From Pseudomonadota bacterium (GTDB lineage: Bacteria; Bdellovibrionota_B; Oligoflexia; Oligoflexales; CAIMVM01): DNA of 64,000 bases. Below, in pieces: positions 38,828 to 48,335 of the stretch (its first letter is position 1; every line of letters starts with the position of its first letter). The notes under the pieces are model-generated. The model made no database searches. It was not told the DNA's origin and saw only the letters and a list, made by a program, of their open reading frames with translations. Location of the stretch: contig JBAXBA010000004.1 of the NCBI GenBank assembly GCA_037142195.1, forward strand, positions 22,911 through 86,910, read 5' to 3'. The position numbers and the translations under genes are program-made.

Positions 38828-39101
38828 TTATTGTGGCTACTTGAACCTCGGCTCCCTCAAATCTCCAGCTCTTAGCAGTCCCATTCATGGGCTCAACGCA
38901 TCTAAGATTTTAGTTCCGATCTCAATCATGTGGCGATTCTATCGCTAAATTAAATTTCTTCTAGACAGGCATCTAATAGGAAATGAATTGAGTTGGTGTG
39001 GCAGATGCGAAAGCTTACAGTTAAGCAAAGCCGCTGCTAATCTCTACAGCACGCAGCATAGGTTATACTCGGAAAAGTTGCATGATTTTAGTTAGTATTT
39101 T

Positions 39102-39212
39102 TTCAGCGGTTGAGACAGAGATTTTGGCAGAAATTGGCAGTTTCTAAGCTAAGTTTCAAAATCCTGTCTTAGGAAATAGAAAAAACCTCCTGCAACTGAA
39201 AGCGGAGGTTCT
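39102..39212. repeat. 111-bp structured direct repeat, copy 2
   Basis: Matches 35325-35435 with 3 substitutions. Confidence 0.95.
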
Positions 39213-39427
39213 ATTTTTGAGGAATTAGTGTCTTAATGGTTAAGGGCGATTAAAAAACTTTTGCCTTCCTAAGCTTGGACGATGGTGGCTGTTGCGAAAA
39301 TCTTTTGAGGGGCCTCATCCGCGCCCAGGGAGTATTGGTAGGGTTGAGGCGCGGATGAGTTGCTAAATATAGAGAGTCATTGGCGGTCAAAGAAGATCAG
39401 CCTAAGATTGATTTTGAGCTGAGAACT

Positions 39428-40447
39428 CTAGTTCGCTTTTCCGAAGTCACATCCGCTGAAATCCATTTCAATTTCTGAAGAAACGACTCCTTCAACTTTT
39501 ATTTCTGGGTCGGCAGCTTCAGCAAAAGTAACAGTAAAGGTCTTGGTAGTATCAGCATTTTTGATGGTTCCAACAATGCTTCCCGATACGGGGCGGCAGG
39601 AATCTTCTTCTTCAGAATTAACAAACTTAACTTGGCTATACTCGAGTTTGAATTCCACACCGTTATCCAGCGAACTTTCCAAGGTGCCAGACTTAATCAA
39701 CTTAGAAGAGAAGTCAGAATCATTTTTTTGTTCATCGACTAAAAGGTCAGTTGTTTTACTTGTTATTGTTAGAGCGGACTCGACGCCCTTCACGTCCGTT
39801 TTAATGGTTTTGGAGGAAGAACTGTTGATTTTTAATGAGTGGAGACTATAGCCGTTTGCATCCGGTGATCCTATGTTGGCTAAATATTCTACTGTTCTTG
39901 TTCCTTCTTTCACAACAGACTTGGACCTTGTTTTTTTAGGACCGGTAGCTGTCGAACTCTTTGTGCGCGAATATTTCACATCTTTTTTTAGGCCAAGTTC
40001 CTTGCCGGCTACTAGCGAGAAATCTAGGTGATTCTCTGCGCACTTAAGTGCAATAGTGGGATGGCTCCAGATTCTGGTTTGGGAGTCTTTAAATGACATG
40101 GATTTTGAAACTCTTGATCCTCCAGCTGAGCCGTCAAAACTTTTGTCTAAGGAAATCGTTACGGTCTTGTCTGCGCCTTCTACGCAAGTACGAGTGCTAT
40201 TTGTTTTTGAGTCAATTGACTTAGAGCCTGAAAGCCCAAAACTCGCAGCGCTGCCATTAAGATTTGCTAGTTGGTCGGTGATTTCTTCTGCGGTGTCCGT
40301 CAACACATTGCCTTGAACTTCGCTGCTAGTGAGTGCTTCGGATGCCGAGATGGTTTCGGTCTTTCTGGCTTTTTCATTTGCGCCTCCACATGCTGCCACC
40401 AAAAGTGCTACTGTCGATAATGAACATGTTCCCATTTTGAATTTCAT
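39428..40447 (-). CDS. Hypothetical Ser/Thr/Lys-rich beta-strand lipoprotein
   Basis: Lipobox 'LVAACGG'; AGGAG RBS; no recognised domain. Confidence 0.75.
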   Translation of the reverse strand: MKFKMGTCSLSTVALLVAACGGANEKARKTETISASEALTSSEVQGNVLTDTAEEITDQLANLNGSAASFGLSGSKSIDSKTNSTRTCVEGADKTVTISLDKSFDGSAGGSRVSKSMSFKDSQTRIWSHPTIALKCAENHLDFSLVAGKELGLKKDVKYSRTKSSTATGPKKTRSKSVVKEGTRTVEYLANIGSPDANGYSLHSLKINSSSSKTIKTDVKGVESALTITSKTTDLLVDEQKNDSDFSSKLIKSGTLESSLDNGVEFKLEYSQVKFVNSEEEDSCRPVSGSIVGTIKNADTTKTFTVTFAEAADPEIKVEGVVSSEIEMDFSGCDFGKAN

Positions 40448-40505
40448 TTGCGCTCCTACTTTTTAAATGGAATCGGAGAACGGCTCCCCAATTTTCATAG
40501 GAGAC

Positions 40506-40532
40506 TATTCGGCAATATAATTTTGCACCTTA
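40506..40532 (-). promoter_or_regulatory. Sigma28 (FliA)-like promoter for the 39428..40447 lipoprotein gene
   Basis: Minus strand TAAG-N15-GCCGAATA. Confidence 0.62.
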
Positions 40533-40835
40533 GAAAAACCTAATAGTTTATTAATTACGGCTAGATAGATTACATATATTTGTTTATATAATTTGAAAGT
40601 GCATTTTTTGACCCCGATTTACACTCCGCCTGCTGGGTCGGTCGTAAGAGGTTGAAATAGTTTCCCAAAAACCTATTCAAACGGGGGCATCCGTACTGTA
40701 ACTGCCTGTAATAACTAGAGTATCGCCAGGTCTTGAAGGGGGCTGTATAAGAATTTTGTAATAGGAAAAGGTTGGTCTAATAAAAATGGAATCGTCTCTT
40801 AGATTTTGTCGGTTTCTCCTTGAGCCATCTTTACC

Positions 40836-43800
40836 TTAGCTTTGTGCATGAAGGGGATGGGTGAACATTTCAAATTGAAGACCAAGATCTTTTTCGTTAG
40901 AAAGCTTTGCCATCATTTCATCGTCAAGGTCAATTTTAATATCTTGAGTATTGAATTCGACCAAAGCCTTAGGAAAGAGTGCTGCCAAGTGTACTTGCGT
41001 CGGCCCTTTTTTAAGCCGCATAGTGGAAGCTAAGCTTTCAATTCTCTTCTTTGCTTCCGATGGAATTTGATTTTGAGGGCTTTTGAAAAGTAGATGTATT
41101 CGTTTGACGCGAGCCGCTCGTACTTCTGATAGAGGAAGAACCCTCTCTATAGAGAGTCTGCTTCCATTGCCATCAAAATTTCTTTCCACGTGTCCAATCA
41201 CCAAGACGGGTGTGTTGGATTCAGGGAGCGGACATTCCATGAGTGCTCTTTCAAATATGACGGCTTCTACTGAAGTTCCCAACTCTTCTAATCGAAGAGA
41301 CGCCATCAAGTTTCCCTTCATGGTCCTTCTTTGGAACTGCTCTGATAAGAACACAACTAGGGCGACTTCTACTTTTCGAGGTCCTTTTCCGTCAGCCGCC
41401 AAAAGAGAGGGCATGTCTCGCAAATTTGAGTTTGAAAACAGTTTTATCTCTTGCTTATAAAGCTCCATGGGATGGCCTGTCAGAAACATGCCTAATAATT
41501 TCTTTTCTGCAAGGAGTCCTTCAAAGTCCCAAGTTCGAGCTTCTGGTTTAGGTTGACCCAAGGCGGCTTCCCAATGAGGAACCTCGACAGGTTCCGATTC
41601 AGCAAAAGAAAAAAGACTAATTTGGCCTTTGTTTTTTGTGGCAAAACAGCCAGAACTCCACTTTATGACTTGATCAAGGATATTTAGCAGCTCTTTGCGC
41701 GAATATCCAAAGTCATCTAGAGCTCCCACTTCTGTAAGGATTTCTAGCGTCTTTTTGCCAATTTTAGAGAGATCAAGTCTACGTGCAAGATCACTTAAAC
41801 TTGTAAATAGCCCATTTTGAGTGCGATCATCTAAAATAGGCTTAATTCCAGCTTCTCCTAGGCCTTTAATTGCTGAAAGGCCGTAGCCAATTGTTTTTTT
41901 TCTAGGAACATCAAAGTCAGTAAAGGAGCGATTGATGTTGGGAGGCAATATTTGAAAACCGAGTTTGACGGAATCTTCAATATACCTAGCGATTTTCTTA
42001 GTGTTATCTAAATCGCAGGTCATGATGGCAGCCATAAATTGTTCAGTAAAATGAGTTTTCATATATGCTGTTTGGTAGGCAACAAGACCATAGGCGGCGG
42101 AGTGGGATTTGTTAAATCCATATTCTGCAAATTTTTCCATGAGGTCAAATAGTTGACCTGAGATTTTTGGGTCGACCTTGCTTTGTTGGCAGCCCTCTAT
42201 GAAACGATTTTTTTGGCGTTCCATCTCGACTTTGTCTTTTTTTCCCATCGCGCGACGGAGCAAGTCTGCTTCACCTAAGCTGTATTGAGCAAGTGTGGCA
42301 GCGATTTTTTGTACCTGCTCTTGATAGAGGATCATGCCATAGGTATCTTTTAAAATCGGGGCTAGGTCAGGATGCAGATAAGTGATTTCTTGACGGCCAT
42401 GTTTTCTTTCTACAAAGTCATCGACCATTCCCGAGCCTAGCGGGCCCGGACGGAAAAGCGCAACAAGAGCAATGATATCTTCAAAACACGACGGCTGTAG
42501 TTTAAGAATCAACTTGGTCATGCCATCGGATTCACATTGAAAGATTCCCGTCGTGCAGCCCGAGGAAATCAATTGGTATACTTTTTTGTCTTGCAAGGGA
42601 ATGTGGGCAATATCGAAACTAGGGTCAATCTGCAGGCGAATCAATTCAGTGGCTTTTTGAATTACTGTTAATGTTTTAAGTCCAAGAAAGTCGAATTTAA
42701 TGAGTCCAACTTTTTCTGCTTTTTTCATCTCATATTGGGTTATAAGAGTTTTGCCATCTGTTGTGTAAATAGGGACATAATTGGTCATAGGACCATCGGA
42801 AATCACAATACCAGCAGCATGGGTTGACAAGTTCGAAGTGAGTCCTTCTAACTTCAGGGCTTCTTCAACACATCTTCTGATGGCGTCATCTTTTTCCATT
42901 TCTTCTTTGAGTTTTGGCTCATCGAGTAACGCTTTTTCTAAAGTTATATTAAGTTCGTCTGGAAAAAGTTTGGTAAATCGATCCATTTTGCTGTAGCCAA
43001 CATTGAGGGCTCTTCCGATGGCCTTCACAGCTCCTTTGGCTAATAACTTTCCGAATGTTGTGATCTGGGCGACATTCTCAGATCCATACCTCCGTGCCAC
43101 ATAGGCAATGACTTCATCTCGTCGCCATTGACAAAAGTCTACGTCAAAGTCAGGCATCGAAACCCGTTCAGGATTTAGAAAACGCTCAAAAATGAGATTG
43201 TAGGGGATAGGGTCAAGGTCTGTAATGCGAAGCGCATAGGCGACAAGCGAGCCCGCGCCGGAGCCCCGCCCTGGTCCCACGGGGATATCTTGCATTTTGG
43301 CCCAATTGATAAAGTCCTGAACGATAAGAAAGTAACCAGGAAAGCCCATTTTTATAATCATTTCGTTTTCAAAGTTAAGACGGCTCCAATACTCTTGCTG
43401 CTTTTCCTTTGTAAACTGGGGCCCATATATTTTTTCCAAATCTGTCAGCCGTTTATTCAAACCTTCGCTGGAGAGTCGAATCAAGGCGGCGTCTGAAGTT
43501 TCTCCCGTTCCCAAATCAAATTTTGGCAGATAGTATTTGTCCATCTCTATGGATACATGGGAGCAAATTTCAGCAATTTCAAGAGTATGGGACAGAGCTG
43601 TTGGCACATGGGAAAATTTATGGAGCATTTCTTCGTTATTTAAAACATGAAACTCTGCATCTCTTAAGCGCTGTCTAATATCTGTCTCAGTTAAACTGTT
43701 TTTAACAGAAATGGCAAGGGCATGAGTGTCGGCAAAACTCGCTTCCGTATAGTGAGCGTCACATGTCGCTACAATTTTTAGGCCAAAAAATTCGGCGGCA

Positions 43801-44477
43801 GAAATCAAATCAGGAATTATTTTTTTCTGTTCTTTGAGATTGTTGTCAATAAGTTCAATATAGTAGTTTTCTTTGCCGAAAAGCCGACAAATGGTTTCCA
43901 CATGGAGGCGAAGGGCTCCCATAATTTCGCCTAAAAAATCATCGCCCACGAAAGCGTAGTCCAGCCTTCCGGAGGGTTGTAGCTTTCTAGCTTCACCAAC
44001 GAGAAAGGCAAATTCTCCCATCATACAGCTTGAGAGGACGACCAAATCGCTAGAGTAGGTTTCAAGGGACTCATTTGGGACAATGGGTAGGTCGTTTTTC
44101 AGACCTACAGTCCATCCAGAAGATACAATTTTTAAAAGATTTTTATATCCTAGGGTATTTTTCGCGAGTAGCACTAGGTGGAAGACACCCCCAGTGAGCA
44201 TCTTTAAATCTAAGAGTTCACTTAAGGCTGGCGTCATTCCTGCGCCCGCATAGTTGATTTCACAACCGACAATGGGAGTAATGCCTGACTTCTTGCAAGC
44301 TTCGTAAAAATCTATGGTTCCAAACATATTTCCATGATCTGTGAGGGCAGCATGCTTATGTCCCATACTCTTAACTTTTTTGACATAGTCTTGAATGCGA
44401 AGAGTACCGTCCATGATGGAGTAATCACTATGGACGTGAAGATGGACAAAAGGGGACTGCGTCGTCAAATCACTCAT
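40836..44477 (-). CDS. dnaE: DNA polymerase III alpha subunit
   Basis: PHP 'FVHLHVHSDYS', 'GPGRGSGAGSLVAY', 'RVSMPDFDVDF', 'YGFNKSH'; no intein evident. Confidence 0.97.
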   Translation of the reverse strand: MSDLTTQSPFVHLHVHSDYSIMDGTLRIQDYVKKVKSMGHKHAALTDHGNMFGTIDFYEACKKSGITPIVGCEINYAGAGMTPALSELLDLKMLTGGVFHLVLLAKNTLGYKNLLKIVSSGWTVGLKNDLPIVPNESLETYSSDLVVLSSCMMGEFAFLVGEARKLQPSGRLDYAFVGDDFLGEIMGALRLHVETICRLFGKENYYIELIDNNLKEQKKIIPDLISAAEFFGLKIVATCDAHYTEASFADTHALAISVKNSLTETDIRQRLRDAEFHVLNNEEMLHKFSHVPTALSHTLEIAEICSHVSIEMDKYYLPKFDLGTGETSDAALIRLSSEGLNKRLTDLEKIYGPQFTKEKQQEYWSRLNFENEMIIKMGFPGYFLIVQDFINWAKMQDIPVGPGRGSGAGSLVAYALRITDLDPIPYNLIFERFLNPERVSMPDFDVDFCQWRRDEVIAYVARRYGSENVAQITTFGKLLAKGAVKAIGRALNVGYSKMDRFTKLFPDELNITLEKALLDEPKLKEEMEKDDAIRRCVEEALKLEGLTSNLSTHAAGIVISDGPMTNYVPIYTTDGKTLITQYEMKKAEKVGLIKFDFLGLKTLTVIQKATELIRLQIDPSFDIAHIPLQDKKVYQLISSGCTTGIFQCESDGMTKLILKLQPSCFEDIIALVALFRPGPLGSGMVDDFVERKHGRQEITYLHPDLAPILKDTYGMILYQEQVQKIAATLAQYSLGEADLLRRAMGKKDKVEMERQKNRFIEGCQQSKVDPKISGQLFDLMEKFAEYGFNKSHSAAYGLVAYQTAYMKTHFTEQFMAAIMTCDLDNTKKIARYIEDSVKLGFQILPPNINRSFTDFDVPRKKTIGYGLSAIKGLGEAGIKPILDDRTQNGLFTSLSDLARRLDLSKIGKKTLEILTEVGALDDFGYSRKELLNILDQVIKWSSGCFATKNKGQISLFSFAESEPVEVPHWEAALGQPKPEARTWDFEGLLAEKKLLGMFLTGHPMELYKQEIKLFSNSNLRDMPSLLAADGKGPRKVEVALVVFLSEQFQRRTMKGNLMASLRLEELGTSVEAVIFERALMECPLPESNTPVLVIGHVERNFDGNGSRLSIERVLPLSEVRAARVKRIHLLFKSPQNQIPSEAKKRIESLASTMRLKKGPTQVHLAALFPKALVEFNTQDIKIDLDDEMMAKLSNEKDLGLQFEMFTHPLHAQS

Positions 44478-44696
44478 TATGCCTCTGTAGGAATCGGAAA
44501 GCTTTGGCTGCAGACTATAGCAAGATATTAACCGGCCGTCAGTGCAGAGTTTCTAAGTGACCTTTCTTACCAAGGGCAGGGGGCGGGGCCCTGCCTAACA
44601 GCCTGCCTAACTCCCTAGGTCTGACTCTTAAACTTGCAGGCTTTTTTTATGGCAGCCAAAAGTGGCAATGAGGTAGAGGATGATTTTAACTTGGGA

Positions 44697-44728
44697 ACAG
44701 GCAAGTAAGCAGATTCTTACCTGCCTGT
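44697..44728 (-). terminator. Hairpin just downstream of the S8 protease gene
   Basis: ACAGGCA.GTAAG / CTTAC.TGCCTGT stem; poor U-tract. Confidence 0.45.
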
Positions 44729-44737
44729 CTTCTCGTC

Positions 44738-46267
44738 TTAGTCCTCCAATGAGGTCAGTAAGACTGATTTCCTTAGGGCATTGAGGATTTCTGATGAGCT
44801 CATTTTTTCGGGAAGGGACTTCAATAAAGCAAAGAGCCCTGATACTTGTGGTGTAGCCATAGAGGTTCCCGAAAACTTTTTATAGCCCCCGCCAGGGACA
44901 CTCGAGTTGACCATTTCCCCAAAAGCCGCCACATATTTCATTTTAGGATCAGTTCCTGAGCGGTCACTAAAAAGAGTCAAGGCTCTGTTTAAATTTAGAG
45001 CTCCCACGGCAAAGCCTAGATTCTCTATCGTGCTGACATAGTTGGCAGGAAATGTTGGGAGAAACCTCGAGTCATTGCCAGAGGCCATGGCGACTAAAAT
45101 GCCGTGGGAAGCAGCTTTCTCCAAAACATGGAAAAACTGGGATTCGTCAACATCTCCCCCAATACTGAGATTGATGACATCCACCCCCTGATCAATAGCC
45201 CATTCGATCCCTTTTACAATATCCGCAATGGATCCCGAACCGTTTTTATCCAAAACTTTTACAGGAACAATTTTTGTCAGGGGAGCAACCTGATGTATGA
45301 TTCCCGCGACATGGGTGCCGTGACTTTCATCGTCGTCTGGCGCATGACCAGGGTCTGAAATGTTGATCCCCTCTTCTAAAACGTCTTTGAGAAACGGATG
45401 ACTAAAGTCAACTCCCGTATCAATTATGGCAACTCTTGTTTGCTCACCTTTTATTCCTTTTGCCCAAAGGGACCCCACATTCATCATATAGGCGCCTTGA
45501 TGATTGACTTGCGAGGATTTTTCCGTGGTGTTTCCCGTCAAATCAAGGAAGGCTTTAGAGGCTTCAATGCTGCCGAAGCCGAACGCATTGGAGTCTTCTC
45601 CAAAGGTAGCAACACGCTTAAACTCTTTATACTTTAAAGGCTTCCAAGATACTGTATAGGGTCCTGGTTTTCCTTTTACGACGACTATTTGGCCGCTACT
45701 TCCTATTTTAAATTGTGTGTCCACAGATTTGGAGCCTGAAAAAATACGCTTACCATCTTCATAAACTTCCATAGTTTTTCCGTTGCTAACAGAAAATTCA
45801 TAGGGGGTATTCTCCTCTGGAAAAACCCAAAAGCCGTCACAGTTTTTTTCCTCAGTCAGATTTTGAGATATTTTTGCGCTATATTCTCCTAAGTAGATGG
45901 AATTTTTGCAGGGTAGGCTGGGATCAGATACTTGCTGAACCTTCTGGGATTCTCCATTCGTGAAATCGGCGTCGAATAGGACCCTTTCGATCGCGGGGTC
46001 TTCCTTCAAACTTAAAGAGAACGAGGCCTCTGCTATGCGAATCGCCAAATTGGGTTGCCTTTTTATCTGATCCCATGTGGAAGTAGGAAGCCTCTGAATT
46101 GTCATTCGGCTCTCTTTCCAGGACGGTTTGATTTCATAAGAATGGTCTTTCAGCGCAAGTTGAAACGAACTTGGCAGGGTTTTTACATGGTCTCTGAATT
46201 GAACAATTGTGGCAGCAGATACCTTGAGACTTCCTAGCACCATTACACTCGAGATGAGATATTTCAT
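44738..46267 (-). CDS. Secreted subtilisin-family (S8) serine protease
   Basis: Triad motifs 'VAIIDTG', 'HGTHVAG', 'SGTSMATP'; signal peptide; AGGAGG RBS before ATG 46267. Confidence 0.92.
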   Translation of the reverse strand: MKYLISSVMVLGSLKVSAATIVQFRDHVKTLPSSFQLALKDHSYEIKPSWKESRMTIQRLPTSTWDQIKRQPNLAIRIAEASFSLSLKEDPAIERVLFDADFTNGESQKVQQVSDPSLPCKNSIYLGEYSAKISQNLTEEKNCDGFWVFPEENTPYEFSVSNGKTMEVYEDGKRIFSGSKSVDTQFKIGSSGQIVVVKGKPGPYTVSWKPLKYKEFKRVATFGEDSNAFGFGSIEASKAFLDLTGNTTEKSSQVNHQGAYMMNVGSLWAKGIKGEQTRVAIIDTGVDFSHPFLKDVLEEGINISDPGHAPDDDESHGTHVAGIIHQVAPLTKIVPVKVLDKNGSGSIADIVKGIEWAIDQGVDVINLSIGGDVDESQFFHVLEKAASHGILVAMASGNDSRFLPTFPANYVSTIENLGFAVGALNLNRALTLFSDRSGTDPKMKYVAAFGEMVNSSVPGGGYKKFSGTSMATPQVSGLFALLKSLPEKMSSSEILNALRKSVLLTSLED

Positions 46268-46498
46268 AAATCCTCCTAGTTGAACGGAGGTTTTAAAACT
46301 AAGTTTTGGTCCCTGCAAGGGATCAAATATTTCATTTTTTATTTGAAAGTGTGGCCTTGCCTTTTACAGAATGCCTACAAATTAGGTTCAATACTTTTTT
46401 GCAGACCTCCGGGCACTGTCAAGAAAACTATGGTAAAATAGAACTTGGCAAAACATAGGAAATTGCTGAGGGTTTCTATTTATTCTGGAGATAGAATA

Positions 46499-47164
46499 GT
46501 GCGTTTAAAGATCTTATTTATCTTATTTTTTTTGGTCTCATGTAGAAGTGAAATAGAATCAAGCCTTGAGGGAACCAAGAACCCTCCGATTAAAGGGCAA
46601 TTTGCGGTTGTTTCCTTAAACACTTTCTATCGCGAAGGAAGCGAGTATGTCCCCGTTAACAACGTTTATCCGATAAATACCTCATTGATGCGAGCGGAAT
46701 TTGATTTAGATCACGAGGGTCTCGGGGCGATAGCAGGAGATGGTACTTGCCATCCCCTAAAAGATGCGACTTCGACCCCTAACGCCATTAGCTCTCAGGC
46801 TGCGATAAATGCCCTCGGAGGCATTTTTGGACTTTTGGGCCTAATTTTAGATGCAGTGGATTTAGTCGATTGTGCCATTCACGGATCAAAGCCGCGTAAA
46901 TCTTCAGTGATTTCCATTCCCTATCATTCCTTCTTTGGCGGTGACCGACTCCCAGCAAACACGGGTTTTGTAGGTGGTCCCAATCGCGATGACGCCAATC
47001 CAGAATGTCGAAAGCTAAAATTTGTTCGATACGTTCAAATCAATTCGAACTTCATAGCGTGTATTGGTTTCGAAGATAGCCAGCAAAATAAATTAAAGAT
47101 GGTTCAACTTAAAAATGGAGATGTTAAAGCACAACGTATTCAATTAGTTCGAGTGAAGAAATAG
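46499..47164 (+). CDS. Hypothetical lipoprotein
   Basis: GTG 46499 with GGAG RBS; lipobox 'LVSC'; internal hydrophobic Gly-rich helix 'ALGGIFGLLGLIL'. Confidence 0.65.
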   Translation: MRLKILFILFFLVSCRSEIESSLEGTKNPPIKGQFAVVSLNTFYREGSEYVPVNNVYPINTSLMRAEFDLDHEGLGAIAGDGTCHPLKDATSTPNAISSQAAINALGGIFGLLGLILDAVDLVDCAIHGSKPRKSSVISIPYHSFFGGDRLPANTGFVGGPNRDDANPECRKLKFVRYVQINSNFIACIGFEDSQQNKLKMVQLKNGDVKAQRIQLVRVKK

Positions 47165-47213
47165 GAATTCATTTCGACCTCTTTTTGGGGTTAGCTTGAT
47201 GCCGCTAGCTTCT

Positions 47214-47259
47214 CCTTCATCTCCCCCTTCATCTCCCCCTTCATCTCCCCCTTCATCTC
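47214..47259. repeat. About four tandem copies of CCTTCATCTCCC
   Basis: Copies at 47214, 47226, 47238 and a partial at 47250. Confidence 0.92.
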
Positions 47260-47365
47260 TAGGCATTCCTGCGATCGGTGGATTTTTGAATTTGTTATCC
47301 GATCATCAAGCGAATCCCCCTTTGCAGTACGTTGGTTCTGAGGACCTTTTTTCATAGGAGAAGCC

Positions 47366-48112
47366 ATGCTTAAGATCACATTACCTTCCATGATTCTATG
47401 TTTTTGCATGACAGCAAACGCAGGTGATATGAAGATTCAAGCTTTGGAACCTCATTTTGAAGCGGAAGAGGCAGCCCTAAATGAGGCATCCTCTATTTTT
47501 TTGTTTACCTCCGAAGACTGGACTAAAACCCAAGGACGAGGGCAAGTCTATAGGAAAGTTAACTCCCAGTTTAGGAAAGTAGGGAGCGAGATTCCGCTAG
47601 TCTTAGGTCGTTCAGGAATGGCTTGGGGGATCGGTGTAAGTGACTACCGCGGTTTAGCTGGGCCCGTTAAAAGAGAAGGTGACGGCAAATCTCCGGCGGG
47701 CTTCTTTAAATTGCGTCAAAGTTTTGGCGTTTCCAAGATAGGAAACCTACCTTTTCTAAACGTAACTCGTGACCACGTGTGTGTCGATGATTCGAAGTCG
47801 CGTGTCTATAATAGAATTGTCGATAGGAGCCAAGTTTCTAAGGATTGGGAGAGTTTCGAGGAAATGGCAATTCCCTTGTATAAATTTGGAATTGAGGTGG
47901 CGCATAATTATTTTTCCCCGGAAACCTTGGGAGGTTCGTGTATTTTTATTCATTTGTGGCGGGGGCCTGAAAGCTCAACATCCGGCTGCACTGCGATGGA
48001 CGAAGCTAATATATTAAAAGTTCTGCAGAATTTAGATTCAAGTTCGTTAATTATACAGATGCCGTATTTTGAGTTGAAGGCTTTTCCTCTTTCTTCAATG
48101 GAACCTCTCTAG
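47366..48112 (+). CDS. L,D-transpeptidase (YkuD-like) family protein
   Basis: 'KREGDGKSPAG', 'GSCIFIHLWRG...TSGCTAM' (His...Cys motif); signal peptide. Confidence 0.8.
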   Translation: MLKITLPSMILCFCMTANAGDMKIQALEPHFEAEEAALNEASSIFLFTSEDWTKTQGRGQVYRKVNSQFRKVGSEIPLVLGRSGMAWGIGVSDYRGLAGPVKREGDGKSPAGFFKLRQSFGVSKIGNLPFLNVTRDHVCVDDSKSRVYNRIVDRSQVSKDWESFEEMAIPLYKFGIEVAHNYFSPETLGGSCIFIHLWRGPESSTSGCTAMDEANILKVLQNLDSSSLIIQMPYFELKAFPLSSMEPL

Positions 48113-48260
48113 GGATTTGGGGATTGAGTTGGTGACATAAAGACAACTTTTGTCGCAAAAGTAGTTTAGAAATGATACTTTTGGGCCAAATTGGCACGTT
48201 TAAATGCCTATAATTTTGGCAATCCTGCAAGATCCTCGAAAAATACGAGCTCTGTTGGTG

Positions 48261-48277
48261 TTGGTACGGTTATTGCT
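48261..48277 (+). promoter_or_regulatory. Sigma54 (-24/-12)-like promoter
   Basis: TTGGTACGGTTATTGCT has GG-N10-GC spacing, about 60 nt upstream of ATG 48336. Confidence 0.62.
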
Positions 48278-48335
48278 TTAACTAAAGGAACAAACGCCAC
48301 AGATTATTTTATGATCTACTTTGGGGGAAAGCGTG

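Noticed and set aside
38802..38829. dif/pdif-like site (TTATGTCAATT arm; similar TTATGTTAATT near 63931)
   Set aside because: No XerC-like arm ending in ATAA; the 38822 copy is explained as a -35 box
47191..47409. 72-aa ORF with MKGE repeats
   Set aside because: Product of the 12-bp minisatellite; overlaps the L,D-transpeptidase start antisense
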